Notes: generated by a model from the sequence alone, not told the origin. DNA of 58,839 nucleotides, filler included, from Porpidia crustulata (GCA_964255105.1; 9 parts of 9 records of this genome joined end to end with filler, not necessarily neighbours in it), one strand, 5' to 3'. Counted from the first letter of the whole stretch, positions 38,456-52,310 are shown. Translations and numbers: made by a program.

Positions 38456-38977
38456 ATGCAAATCCTACTTCACACAACCCTCCTCTACCTCACCACCATT
38501 GCCCTCGCCCTACCAAACCCTCCCGATCCTCAAACTACTCCTCCCAAATACGGCTACATCGCCACCTATGCGGGTCTTCATCGTAACACAAGGCTCCTAT
38601 CTAGCATGCCAACAGCCCCCGACGCGATAATACACCCCGGCCTGGCAGTCAACCCCGGCGACGACCGGTGCGTCTCCTTCAGCTCCGGAACCAACAACAT
38701 CGGCATCACCTGGGGCACCGCAGAACAGGCCTTCATTTACTACAAAGATGAACGATGCGCGGTCGACCTGGGATTCATCGCCTCCCCCGATCACCAGGGA
38801 GTTCAGCCCCCGATATCGCATTATGCGGATGCCCAGGAGTACCATGATGTGCACAATCGCACTGGGAGCAAGGCCCCGACATCGGGTCATGGAAAACGAG
38901 GCAGGGGGGGGTTCGAGTGCTACGATTCGTCGGACTATAAGGAGCCGTGGAGAGCGGTTTCTTTCTGGCAAGGGTAG
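38456..38977 (+). CDS. Small secreted protein (173 aa)
   Basis: Signal peptide MQILLHTTLLYLTTIALA-LP, three Cys, single exon, GC-rich relative to flanks. No known domain recognised. Confidence 0.7.
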   Translation: MQILLHTTLLYLTTIALALPNPPDPQTTPPKYGYIATYAGLHRNTRLLSSMPTAPDAIIHPGLAVNPGDDRCVSFSSGTNNIGITWGTAEQAFIYYKDERCAVDLGFIASPDHQGVQPPISHYADAQEYHDVHNRTGSKAPTSGHGKRGRGGFECYDSSDYKEPWRAVSFWQG

Positions 38978-39229
38978 GGGCGTGGTATTTTGCCTTGGTT
39001 CATTATGCTAGGGATTTGTACTACGAACGAATATACCTACACCATTACAAGATCCACAAAACAAGTCGACCCCCAATTTTCGTTTTCTCGTTTTTCGCCT
39101 TCGCGATATCTCATCCCTTGTCGTCCCAGATGTAATTTGATCACATATCCCATTTTCATTTTCATTTCCATCCTCTCCAATCCACGCACGAAGCTCCTCC
39201 AAACCCCCCCAACGTCCCTGGACCCCAAC

Positions 39230-39329
39230 NNNNNNNNNNNNNNNNNNNNNNNNNNNNNNNNNNNNNNNNNNNNTTAATTAATTAANNNNNNNNNNNNNNN
39301 NNNNNNNNNNNNNNNNNNNNNNNNNNNNN
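39230..39329. other. Artificial contig spacer
   Basis: N44-TTAATTAATTAA-N44. Confidence 0.99.
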
Positions 39330-40849
39330 GTGGGAGGGGCTCCGAGGTAGTGGGAGGAGCAAGGAGAGATTCCCAAGTCTGCCGCTCGCTCTGGAGGCTG
39401 GGAACAGCATGTCAGCGAGTTATCCTCAGTATAATAGATGAAGATAATATGTGGTTTACCGGGCAATCTGTTGCTCCAAGTCTTCGATTTTCGCGAGATT
39501 GGAAACGTTTTTGGGGTTCGGCTGTGGAGGCTGCGGAGGCGGAGGGGAATCTTTCTGTGGAAATTTTAGTGTCTTCCTACGCTTTATGCTTCAAGGCAAT
39601 AATTCCATACCCTACTGAACCAATCTGACAGCTCTGACTTTGTCGAGAAATCCTTGAGTAATTGCTGCTGTATTTCACGCGCTGTCCTCGATTGTTATCA
39701 ATTGCTCAGCGCTAGAGCACTTGAACATACCTGCGAGCCTGGCATGACTATCTGCCGACGAAAATGATGGTTTGTCGCCCAGAGCTCTTGTTCCGCACCA
39801 CGTCAGAAGCTGCCTCATCCGCCGTGGCTCCGAAAGCCCGTTCGCTTCAATATGCTTGTAAAACTCCGAGCTCTCAACTTCGTCGTGTGGTAAAGCTGGG
39901 TCTCAATCAGCAGTATTCTACACCCCTTCGAAAGACTTTCCTACCGTTAGATTTCCCACTATCGATAAGCGAACTCGCTCGCCGGCCTCGCATACCCAAG
40001 CTGCTTCTCCGCTGTCCATCACCAGATCCTTTTCTCATTTCCTGATTCCTGCGAATGACTGGGGTATCTGCGAACGGCAAGGAAACCTTGGTAATCTCAT
40101 GGGTTCTTTCGACTTGTTCGTCCCGATGAGAATTACCTACGGAATTGATTCTCCCGTGGCTTTCCTCGCGATCATGCGTAGTAGTAGACTCGTCATTTCG
40201 TCTTGGCTTCGGTTCTTCGAGCTGCTTTTCCTTCACCCTGCGTTTCTTTGGATTGAGTGGCGGCGGACTCGCGGCATTATTCTCCCCACTATGCCTTGAA
40301 CTTCTTCTTCGGGGCTTCTCAACCTTGGCATCATTCTCTACAGAATCATTGCTGGGCAGATCAGGTGATTCCTTCCGCGATCTTTTCACAGGCATTGGTT
40401 TTGCCTCCTCTTCTCGGCTTTCCTCCTGTATGGGCGCTACTTTGGGCGCGGCCTTTGCCCTTTTGAATGTGAAGCCATCAGATTCTTCGTCGTAGACTGT
40501 ATGTCCCATTAGCTTAATTCAACCACAACGGACGCCCCTATCTCAAGCAAAAGGCGATTTAGATTTGATAACCTGCGCTGGACATGGACTCACCGATTTT
40601 TCTCTTTCCTCGGCCTCCCTTCGCATTTGCTCCGGTACCACTGCCAGATCCCTTCAATTGTTTCCCACTCGCTCCATTGCTCTGCCCACCCTTTGCTCGC
40701 TCTGTACTATGGCCGTGGCCGTTTGCGACGGGTGGATCGTCTTTCTCCGGTTGACGTGTGCTATGTGTTCTGGAGCTCCGTCGCGGTTCACTCATCATAT
40801 GCGGATTCGTCAGAAGCTGTAGCGGAGAGCGCGTCGCGTAGGTGGTCAT
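39330..40849 (-). CDS. DSN1: Kinetochore Mis12-complex subunit Dsn1/Mis13 (3'-truncated)
   Basis: YDEESDGFTFKR, SLPFADTPVIRRNQEMRK, RRSSLGMRGRRASSLIDSG (Aurora B-type sites); next exon has PHDEV..SEFYKHI..RMRQLLTWCG. Confidence 0.88.
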
Positions 40850-41356
40850 TGGTGCTCTGGAACGTTGTGAAGTGATGGTTGAGTGTTGAGCGCGTGTTCA
40901 ATAAGGCGCCCCGGTGGTGGTAAATGATTTCTACCGAATGGTACACTTCAGCTGAGCGACGACAATCCGAATCATGACAGTTGATACTGATAATCTGAGC
41001 GAAGGGCAGGTTAGTAGTCGTCGGTCGCAATGCCTAATGATATCCGGGGGAGGGGAGTAAAGTGGTGCATCTTCCAATGTTGTTGTCTTGGCGTGCCTTG
41101 TTTAGGCGAAAACAAGCCTAGCGTTATTTCCACGCTAACCTCACTCACTTCTGAACGTCTCTCATCATTCTTTATATCAAGATCCTATTTGATGGCTATG
41201 GCCCACGACCAAATAACAAATGTCTTAATGTGTAAGCAAGTAATTCTGGTTAAGAGTAGACCCAGTCAAAGTGCATTAAATGGTTGGAGTTTCTACACAC
41301 TCCCGAGCCACCACTTTAGGCACTTTCGCAGGGCTATACAGCTATGTACCCAGACT

Positions 41357-44300
41357 TCACTTCATCGAAGCGGGTCCGCCTAGTTCGGGAGCGAGGCTTC
41401 CTTCTATCCTCCGCTTTGCTTCCTGTCTGTCCTCCATGGTTATATTCTCTTCCTTCTTCCGCATATCAGGCGCATGTTGTGATTGCTCAGGATGATGGCC
41501 GACGGACATGCCAACCCGGACCTAGGATATAGTAAGCTTTTGAATCCCAACTCGAAACGTTCCCGTGTAATTACCAAAGTCTCCAAAGCTCCCTTTGCGT
41601 TTTCGATGAGATCATCATCAAACTTCATAGCACCAGGCTCAAAGAGAACCAGGATCGTACTTCCACCAAATTTGAAGTATCCGAGTTCTTCCGCTCTGCC
41701 TACTCTCTCACCTCTCTTCCTCGTAATGACTGTACTCCCAACCATCATTGCTCCGACGCAAATGACCATCACTCGGCCATGAGCCACAGAATCAATCGGC
41801 ACGACAATTCTAACATTTTCACTGTAGACATCAAGGGCAGATCGGATAGCCATAGGGTTGACGGTGTAATATTCGCCACTGATCAGCTTGGGCTCATCCA
41901 TTATGCCGTCAACAGGGACGTGAAATCGGTGGTAATCCTGAGGTGCCAGGCGAAAGATCCCCAAAGCGCCGTTGATATATCGCTTGGCATCCTGAGGGTA
42001 TGCGTTTCCCAGAAGTCTCTCAATAGAAAACTCCCGACCTTTGACCCATATCTTCGTAGCTTCGTCCATGTTATTAAACACTACGGAACGAGCGTCCGCA
42101 GGCGAAACGATGATCCTTGAATTCCCAGGTGCGGAACACGGCCTTGCATTTGGTTTCAGTTCCCTATAGAAAAACTCATTGAAGTTTTTGAATTCCCCCA
42201 TGGATTTCAAAACCTCCGTCATGTCGAGTTGATGGAAATCCACGAAACCCTGGATATACCTCTTTGAAGCAGGGTCGTCGTATTTTTTGCCTTGTTTGAT
42301 GCTCAGTGATTTCAAAAGTTTTCGAACTATTTACTGTCAGCAAAACGTGAAAGATTGCTTGAAAAGCACATTTACTTTTCTTCTTCTCCATGTCCCTGCT
42401 CTTCAGCCCTTTGTACAATAGTCGAATACCTAGTCTAACATACACACTCATTCTTTCTTCGTTGATTTGTCCGGTAACCCTATCCTGCACCAGTATATTT
42501 GCGGAGTTGGCACCAAGTTTGTACCCACCGTAGGATATCTTGGTAATGACCTTAGAGTACCACTTACGTTGGGCCTGGCTAGACGTGACAAAGCCAGCCA
42601 TGACAATATTATTTACTTGACGCCAGTCCTGACTAGCACAGGTTGCAATGTGGGTAATTATATCGGCATCTGATTTCTTGTTCAGACGAGGTTGGTGACA
42701 GATCGGGCATTCACGGATCTCTATGACATGCTCTTCTCCCCGATCGTCATTGAGGTCGTCTTTCTCAACGTTATCACCATTCTCACCAGAGGAGCCAAGG
42801 TAGTCCTGTGTTATTGCGGGAACAGCAGAGCGGCCAGGATCCTCATTTACAGGCATATCGGCATTGCCTTCCATGGATGGAGTACCAGTCTCTCCCGGCG
42901 TGGTCGTCTCACTGCCAGCAGTGGTAAAATGGGCATTCGCCATATAATCTTTCATCGTATCACCCCATGACTTTTTCAGAGTGGACTGCTGCAGCTGATC
43001 CTCTAAGCAGATCACAGCTTGATCGAATGTCAGAAGTATATTATTTGGATCTTGGGACTCGTCCTTTGCAAATCTGCGGAAGAAACCATCAATTGTAGAT
43101 TCCTTCAACGTCGAGCCCAGGGTATCTAGCATAGTCGTCAACTCGATCTTGCTGATTCGAGCATTTTCATCAGCGTCATACTGCTTTAGCATTGCTCGCC
43201 AGAATTGCTGTCGAAGGGCATGATATGGCACATATTTGGCTTTGATTAAAAGCTGTGGGTTGTGTTTAGCCTCCCAGCGTTCCTTATTCTTGAGCATAAG
43301 AGGTAGCGCGTAAGATTTAAGATCCGGATCATCAGGATGGCCACAATAGTCCTCGGTACCATCCTGACCAGCGTTACTTGTCACAGGGGTGAGGGTTGTA
43401 CCATCATTTGATGGGCTGGTCGAAGCTGCTGGCAGGTCAAGTTGAGAGTTGCTGGGAATCAGGGTTTGAGAATTTTTCGAATTGAGGGTTGGTCTTGCAA
43501 GCTTGTTTAGGCTGGTTGCGGAGGAGGATCGAGAAATAGGAAGCCTGAATCGGGATTTGTTCGGCGTCGGTAACGCTGAGACATCTGGCGGTTCGAGCAA
43601 ATGGTATAGTCCAGTTTCAGGATCGGCTTCAGGGCTGGTGGCGATAATATCCGACAAGGCCAGATTGGTTGTCCCAACGAAGTCATTGCCCGAAAGCTTG
43701 TCCCTGTCAACGACGGAGAAGCTGAGTGAGTAAGACTGCTCATGCCGCATGACCTGGAACACCATCTTCTCATCAAAAACCGGGTTCAAGTTATGACGAA
43801 TGACTCGAGTTCGGTAGGTCTTTCGCCCCAAGGACGCAACCACGAATGGATCCATATCGAACGATGTCCGTGTGACTATACGCGTCAGTATACATTCATA
43901 TACCTAAGCTCGGCTAAACCCACTGTTTCGCTCAGGGGGCAGGTCCGTGATCTTCCCAATGTCCAAGAAAACGATTCCAACAACGTCGGTTCCGCCTGTG
44001 AATTGATAAGCTTTGGCCTTTGACTTCTTCTTCAGCTTTTTCAAGCGCAGCAGTCTCTTTCGCTTTTCCTTCTCGATCACGACGGGCTTGGTCGGATCGT
44101 CCGTCTCATCCGAGGTTTCCAAATTGTTCTCATCGTCGTCGTCTTCCTCGTCATCGTCATCATTACCCCCTTGTCTCTCTACCTTATCAAATTCACCGTC
44201 CTCATCATTGTCTCCCTCCGAACTCAGAGCAGCTATTGATCCAAACCTTTGCAATATTTCCTCAGGGGTCGCTGACGGGTTCGAAGGGTCAGCAAGCGTA

Positions 44301-44964
44301 AATTGCAGCAGGACCTCGCCGGAAATTCCCGAGCCCTTTTTCTTATTGCTCTTCCGCTTTGAGTTCAGGCTATACCATTGTGGCTATACATCATCAGCCG
44401 GGAGAACTCGTTATAATTTGTCATGTGGAACCTACATTTTGAGATATCTGCCCGTCTGGAAAGATTTCCTCGACAGCGACATCAAACTCGCCCAAGTAGT
44501 CCTTTCCGAAGCGGTCTTTATCCCAGCAAACAGCCTCAAGGAGGAGGCTCTCTACTCCAATGATCGGTAGATCAAAGGACACATTCCATTCGGGATTGAG
44601 AGTTTTGCTAATAGTAGGCGTCGACTGCTTTGCGTCGCCGAGGGTAACGACTAGGTACTGCCATAAGGGTCAATAACAGTCGACAAGATTGAAATCAGTG
44701 CTGGAACAAACCGGATCACTCGTGCCGCTCTTATCCTTTGCTGCCAAATTTCGTGCCTACGATTATATTAGAAATGTAACGATTGCGAGCGGGGGGTGAC
44801 TGCCTACTTACTCTCAAGACGGTGGTCTTGAGGACCAGATTCTTAGCGTCAGCAGCAGCACGCATGGGGCTCGAGCTTCTACTGAGATCGGGACTGTTCC
44901 CATTGGTACCGTTATTCTTGCCAGCGTGGCTTTTCAGCCGACTTGGCAAAGCAATGCGGACCAT
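41357..44964 (-). CDS. PSD2: Phosphatidylserine decarboxylase 2 (C2 domains, EF-hand-like region, PSD domain)
   Basis: C2 domain MDPFVVASLGRKTYRT; QYDADENARISKIEL; FNEFFYR; RLAPQDYHRFH; VGAMMVGS; autocleavage motif FKFGGST. Last exon VRVGMSVG ends at TGA 41357-41359. Confidence 0.96.
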
Positions 44965-45332
44965 GTTGATAAACGTGGAGAGTTGAAAAAGCAATACTCT
45001 AGGTGTTCTGCAAAGCAGTCAACACAAGATGGATCATTGAGTGAGTCTTCTTAGGTGTGTCCAGACAATGACTCCTAGGATAAGGTCAGAAGGGGTGGCT
45101 GTAAAATGCACGGAAATAAGTAGGAAGAAGATAGAGAGATTGGAGTCAGGATGTCCTGCGGAACATGCAGCTGGAAAGCAACAGTATCCCCCGCCGAGCA
45201 GGGATCTTGGATGGTTCAGCCTTGCCGGCGAACTGTAGGCGCGTCTCAGCTAGAGACACTCGAGGAAAGTTCCGCCTACAAATTATATATCGATGCTATT
45301 AATTAATTATCCACGAACGACTTTTGACGACA

Positions 45333-45772
45333 ATGGATCCATTCTCGGGCGAAGGAGGTAAGTCAGGCACACTGCATATCGAACTGACCATAATCAAACA
45401 ATTCCCCAGAACTCATCAACATCCTAAACGCCTTCCACCAAGGCCAATACCAAACCGTAATCGACGCCGACCATGCCTCCTTCTCCAAATCCAACGCCGT
45501 CCAACTCCACGTCCTCCAATTACGCGCCCAAATAGCCAGCGGCTCCGCCAAAGAAGTCCTCGCCGGCATAGCGAACGAGAAACCCGATGTCCCAGACTTT
45601 GCAGCAGTCAAAGCCCTAGCTCTACTTGCAACAGGTAAAACATCCGAAGCCCTCGGCCAGGCAGAGCGCTTAGCCAGCACCTCTCCGGAAAACGCCACGG
45701 TGCAGATACTCGGAGGCACAGTCCTGCAAGCAGCCGGCAAGACCGAAGAAGCTCTCACCCTCCTATCAAACC
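45333..45772 (+). CDS. SEC28: Coatomer epsilon subunit (3'-truncated)
   Basis: Spliced MDPFSGEG|ELINILNAFHQGQYQTVID...LQLRAQIA...ENATVQILGGTVL; TPR-like helices typical of fungal epsilon-COP. Confidence 0.88.
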
Positions 45773-45872
45773 NNNNNNNNNNNNNNNNNNNNNNNNNNNN
45801 NNNNNNNNNNNNNNNNTTAATTAATTAANNNNNNNNNNNNNNNNNNNNNNNNNNNNNNNNNNNNNNNNNNNN
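45773..45872. other. Artificial contig spacer
   Basis: N44-TTAATTAATTAA-N44. Confidence 0.99.
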
Positions 45873-48800
45873 GGGTAAGTAGGGGCGGTAGGACGGATAG
45901 GGAGGTTGGAGAGGGAGGAGGGGCCCGCGACATGAGGGGAGGGGAGGACAATTAAACCTCCTACGCGAAAGGCCTCTGGATGGCACTTGAATTGTAAAAC
46001 GGGGATTATTGATCAGTTTAGTTTTATGGTAGGGAAGCGGTTTGGTGGAGGATGAGTTTATAGCCCTAAACCTGAATCCCATTTAGGGAGGAGGTGTACG
46101 GGTAGGCAAAAGGGGCTGTATGAGGAAGCAAAGGGGACGTACGGTTCGTAGGTCTCTTATCTTGACATCATTAATTTACGTATTACCCAGAAACTGACGT
46201 GCTTTTATGCGGAACAGAACGTCTGCAGAGTAGACCAAGATAGGGTGACTTTTGATCTTCGAATTCATATCATGCCAGTTGATACCCTATGAACAACATT
46301 TGCCGTCGTTATTGTTCCATGACTCGATTTAGCGCTCCAGTCGATAGCCAAAGAAGCAGCCAATGCTCGCTTCCGTCTCAATGCTCGCACCACTGGGATA
46401 GCGAATCTGTGCAGATCTAAAACGACACTCCGCGAATTCGCGTAGCCTTGTATATGGCTTTGCCTTCAAATGCTGCTACTTTGTGGCGACTATATGCACT
46501 CGTATCTGTGACAGCCGAGTTTTTGGAGAAGAGGCCCATTCCTAGTGACAGAAGAGGTCATCGGTCGACGCTTGCCGATAGGAACTTTTCAGGCAAAACG
46601 GGGCGTGACTTGCGTAGATGCGTGCTGGCTTCTATTGATCGCCATTATGGCATCGATTGCATGCCTCATTTCGAGTCACGTTGCACAATCTTTGATGGGT
46701 AGTGAAAGAACGATCCCTGGGCAGGATCTCAAGTCGGACACTATCATGTAGAAATAGCCTCAGCTCAAAAGAACTAATGCAAGCGATTCAGGCCGCTCGA
46801 AAAATAACTTGCTTGTGAGGTTTCGTGTACCATTTCGTAGAACTCATGGATTCAGAACGAAATACTTTTTCAGGGTTCGAAGTGTAGATAAATTGCATAA
46901 GCCGACAGACTCTCGACAAGCATCGCCGAGGCATGGTTTGTATGCGTCGTTTGGCGTATTACCGAAGTCACAGGTCTCGAACAAACGGCCTTGTGTAACG
47001 CAACATTCGAAGTGAAAATCATCCTGATAGAATATATCTCAATAGCGGCAGATATTAGCAATTATTCCAGGACTTTGGTGCCATTCCTGGGCGTTAAGAT
47101 ATCACTACGTAAAATCAAAGGACTTTGAGTGAAAAACGATGTGCAACGTTTGAGGTGAAAATATTTCATGTAGAGAATGCACAGGTTGCTGAACTTCATG
47201 CTTAACACCGCTGGGGTAATGTAGGCAAAAATGAGGTAGTCTGAAGGTCGTACCTTGTGCATGTCCACTCGCTATCATGCGTCATCGATATAGCCCAACT
47301 CTGGGCATTACATTCCAATACTTCCGCGCGGCACAATTGCGTATGCATATCCGATGCGCTTGCGTAACCCTACATCTCATACCCTATATAGAGTCGTGAT
47401 CGATACAGGCGATCCGAAACAGAGCCTCAACGTTCGGCACGAGTTCGGATATGGTATCTAGGTTTCTCGTCCACCGTTATAGAAGAATCGGGTTGCTTAG
47501 TCCTCTGTGCCCCATACCGACCAAGGCAACAGGGAGGACGATTAGACATGGTCTAACTTGAAGGGCCGATCAAACCTATAAAGTGCAGTGGAGGGATGTA
47601 GATGGCTAAGTGTCACGCAACCGTTCCGAAACTCTTACTCGAGCGAGTTTTGGGAACGCAGTTTGGTAATCACTCGATCGTCTTCGCCAAAACTTGAACA
47701 CACCTGACATATGCCGAATCAGGTATGTATTACAATTTTCAACACCAACTTCATCAGGGAACCATGCTGTGTGTACATTGGGATGAGTCGACGATGCGTG
47801 GAAGGAACGATAATTTGCATTCGTGATTTGGACGGACACATAGTCTAGCGTTGTACGAGGCTACACGGCTTATAGATACGACATTCATAATTGAAAAAAC
47901 AAATACAAGAAATATGTATACTCGCAGCCCCCTTCAGCCCCCAATCCCAGAATTTCCCATTCCCTCTGCAGCCGAAGAGCGTAAAGGATCCGACCCATTC
48001 CCGTTTAGGTCTACGCCACTGGCGCAAAACCCATCCGTGGACCATCGGTGTCAAAGATAACGAACTGGTTGTTCAACAGGGGGATTCAAATATTCATCAT
48101 AACCACGATAGTGCATGCTGTAAAAGTGTACATTCTGGCTAAGGAAAACGAATATTGGAGCCCCACGAAGGCTTCTTAGTGATTTGGCTCAGAACAGAGA
48201 GACTGCCCGAGAGTCATATATGAAGGTGTGTATTATATCACGCGTGAAATCTCAGTATGAAAATCTATACGTTATGATAAACGGGATAGGGGCAGAACCA
48301 TCCAGATTTTGGAAGCAGTCATTTGACGGCCAAGTGAGAGTAACAATCTGCTGAAAAGTTTGTATCCGACCAATAACAGATGCATACGGCTTGTGTCACC
48401 GCCGTACGCAAGTCGGAAACATGGAATAGCCCTTCTAAGGTATAAGCTCCGATTAGCTTATGCTAGAGCAAGGCGTTGCGTATATGACAGATATGATCCT
48501 GCATATCATCGATCAAGAGGTGAATCTTATTGCCTTTCAAGTCTAGATAACCGCACGCTTGGTCTTAAAGAAAACTTCTGTGGGTTTAAAAGGACAAACC
48601 GAGTCACGAGACTCTCATGGTACATTCACAGACCTGCAATGGTGGCAATAGGCCAATGAACACGGATATCCTACAGAACCTCATGGAAGGATTAGATCTC
48701 GTGGTAAGATCCGTATAAGGAGGGAGAACAGAGTATGGGTGTTTCTGAGCTACTCTCGGAGCTTAGCACGTTCACGGATCTTAGGATATTACTTTAGCCT

Positions 48801-50040
48801 TGCACGAACTCTCTTTTATCTATATATTATCGATTTCTCCGTCATTCATCGATTCAATCCGAGACTCCTATTGATATCAGTATCCCTCAATTATTATCAG
48901 ACAGGTTACGGGTCGAAATTATACTAAACCCCGAGTGAGACATTCGCTCAGATCTGCAGACATTTTCCGACCGCGTACAGTACAGGGTTATAGGTCCTCA
49001 CCTTGTTATATACAGGATGAGTATCACCCGAGTCAAGTCTAAGATACGCCGGGTATATCTCAAATGGTGACATTGTTATATTCATATTACATTAACTCAG
49101 TGCGTAGAATCAGGTCATCCCGGCTTATCACATCTTCTTTCGCCTCGGCGGCTGTTCTGAAACTAGAAACAAGTTGCCTGAATCCTGCTCAATTGAACAT
49201 TTGGCTTGGTGCGCTTCTGGAAGACAATGTGAGATGAGGCCGAGGCCCGCAATTTTCATTGAGACTTGCGAATTATACTCTCAATCCTAACATCACAATA
49301 CCGCTCGCTGAGCACAATGCATAAGATGGTTTATGCAACTATACGCTGATTGGCAATCTCCGCCACATGGGGCTGGGGACACTAGTGGAAAATTTCCTAT
49401 TTTTCCTTTTCCACCCCTAGATAACTTCCTAACAAGAATATCAATGCTATCAATTTCATATCTGATCCGCCGACAGAATAGATTCATGACGCATCGGGCC
49501 GTTCAGAAATTCTTCTTATCGATATCTTTGAAAACGGTAACTTGCTTCCGGCTTGCCCTAGTACTTGAGCCGGTTTGTGAAGCTATATACGAGCCACTTT
49601 AGATGCTTGATTCAATGTTATGGTTTGATTTGTATTATATTGTTGCCTAGTCGTCTCGCTGGCTCTGTGCCATTGTTCGGAGTGCAAGAAACCCTTCTAT
49701 GCCGCAGAAACATTCTAAATTTCCTATAAGTAGTCGACATTTACCCCAATGTATAGCTTTGAGCATTCCTCACCTTCAAGCGTTCTCGTGTCATTGTTCA
49801 AGGCTTCTGGCAGAATGATGACTTATCTCACTAAAAGCTCTATAAAATTTAAGCAATATTTCTCTGTGCGTTACTTACAGTGGAGCTGACTACCTCTGGT
49901 GAGAGAAAATATTCAATCTTTGCGTGATAGAGCAGCAGCTGAAGGCGCTGAACAATGTTGCATATACCTCAGAGATTTGGACATCTCCTAAAATAGAACA
50001 CCCATAAAGTAGCGGTCAAACACAGAGCGTGCCCCAACAC

Positions 50041-51830
50041 ATGATATCAAGACGCCCCATAGGTAGACTAACGCAGTCAGAAGGATATCCTTCCAATTCG
50101 CTCATTGAACTATCAGGAAACGATACTTATGTAGTGCCTCCCCATTGTCCGAAAGTATACTCTTCACTGGAAGAGGGCCAAGACCCCTCAGCGCTGGAAG
50201 TCACAGATTCCAATGGCGTCTATACGCCTGAAACCCAATACAAACCGCAATCAACTACTCCGAAGCCAGCCAAAAAATACTATACTCATTGAGGAGGTAC
50301 GCACTGGCTTGCTGCCTGAATCCCTAAGCCAGCCGTGTAAGGAGTAAACTCCTTTTATGCTTCGCAAAGTCGGGGCTTTTCCTCTAGCTGGCGTACTCCT
50401 AATTCTTGTTGGACCCCTGGAGTTCCTAAGTCGATTGGAGCAAGAAAGGTAGTGTTCACACAGCCGACTTCGATTCATTCAACCATTCTTGAGAGCATGT
50501 GTGCGTACGCTCTCAAACCAGTTTTTGATCCGTTTTTCAGGCAGGGTGTCTTATCAGACCGCAGGATTACCAATATCATCGGCCAATTTATACCCACAGT
50601 CCTTGTGATCCTACTATCCTTTACCTGGCAGACACTCGTTACCGACTTAAAAAAGGTCACTCCTTGGGTTGTAATGACTAACAAGTGGTCGGAGCCGGGA
50701 GAGAGTATTCTTGCCAATTACATCAATGACTTAGAGATTACATCGGTTTGGAAGTCCTTCCGCCGCAAGAACTGGGGTATACTTGTGGCCTTACTTGGAG
50801 GTTTTCTCTGCGGCAGCTTAGTACCTTTTGCCGGTGGTCTTTTCTATCTCGACGATGTGCACGAGCTGATATATAATTCGACGATGATAAGGACTTCTCG
50901 CTTCGAATTCAATGCATCATCAGACGCCTTTGATCTCTTCAACTCAATCGCACAACGCCAAATAACGATGTCTTCAAGACTAACACTGTTTGACTCTTCA
51001 CTACCTCACTGAATATCTCGGGACTATACGCTTGAGTCGTTCAACTTATCTGATACACATCGGAATGCGACACTATCTGTGAACAGCGCAGCTTTTGAGG
51101 GAACCCTCGATTGCAATACCATTAATTATAATGCAGAAGTTACCTGGGATTGGTATGCCAACGAACATGCTTATGGAAATTCCACATTCCCTACTCCTGA
51201 GCTATTTACAGAAGTCACGCTCGTTCCGAACCAGGAAGACATGCTGAGGGTTGGCTGCGAAATCTTACCGGCTTTCTATCCGAAAGCTATATTCTCAAGA
51301 CCTAGAAATCAATCGATAAAAGTGCTTCCAGCAGCATGATGAACCTAAAAATGTGCTACCGCAATGAAGATACCTCCCTAACAAAAACGACAATGGTATT
51401 GCTGGACAATATGACCCAATGACACGATGATACGTTTTAACGCCACTGGTGTGCTCTGCAGGCCTCATTTCAACATTAGAGCACTAAACATTGTTGTCAA
51501 TGCTTCGATCGCCGATTCATTAGAAATCACGCCATTATCAAATACTTCTATCCCAATTTAGATCGATACTGGTACTTTCAGGCTTATCAGTGCAATTGTA
51601 ACAGGTGGCACGGGCAGCAAGAAGACAAGGGACTATAGTGCACTGGTCACAACAGGCGACAATAACTGGGTAGACAAAGAAGGAGGACAATATCACCCTC
51701 ACGCCGGTTTGTAGATAGAGACTTTTGGTTCATGAAGCTTTCTTCCGGACAAGTCTTCAAGATATAAGAGTATACTAACGATACGAAAGTCCCGACTACT
51801 AATTCTTCGCAACTCTTTTGTGAGGAGTCG
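50041..51830 (+). pseudogene. Degenerate DUF3433-family membrane protein gene
   Basis: IPTVLVILLSFTWQTLVTDLKKVTPW...ESILANY...SFRRKNWGILVALLG resembles DUF3433. The reading frame is broken by stops (50345-47, 51010-12, 51337-39) and frameshifts. End approximate. Confidence 0.7.
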
Positions 51831-51954
51831 TAGTGAACTATATCAATTGACTAGACTAAGCCTATAATACAAGGAGAATAACTTAAGGAGGGAAAGGAAT
51901 TCTGTCGCGAAAACCTCCTTTTGGGATCGGCTTCTGAGCGGAAGGAATTCCGTA

Positions 51955-52310
51955 TCGAGAATGCAGGTACGTAGTACCTAATCCAATTAATGGGTCTAAC
52001 CCATCACATCTTTCAACGCACTATGGCACAGATAGCGAATTTGGCTTTGAGAGGTAACGATTCTTCACCTGTACCTAATCTTGAGAACACAAGGGCATCG
52101 CCTATGCTAGACGGGGCCTACTCAGAGAATAGACACCGATCAAAGGTTTATGTGGCAATGTGCTATTTTAAACAGACAATGATAAATATCTTATAATGAT
52201 TAGTTCGAAGAGACTCGAGAAATTGCTCGAGTATAAAAACTTTTATTAAATCTTAATGTGATGGGTTAGACCCATTAATTGGATTAGGTACTATGTACCT
52301 GCATTCTCGA
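51955..52310. mobile_element. MITE-like element with terminal inverted repeats of at least 55 bp
   Basis: 51955-52009 and 52256-52310 are reverse complements at 54/55 nt. The 246-bp interior has no transposase ORF. TA immediately precedes the left arm; the contig ends at the right arm. Confidence 0.8.

Noticed and set aside
37956..38630. 224-aa and 180-aa ORFs overlapping the secreted protein's upstream region
   Set aside because: Non-ATG starts and composition typical of non-coding DNA; they overlap a more credible gene.
45873..50000. Many short ORFs in contig 8
   Set aside because: No domain motifs, consistent splicing or transposon signatures; treated as non-coding.
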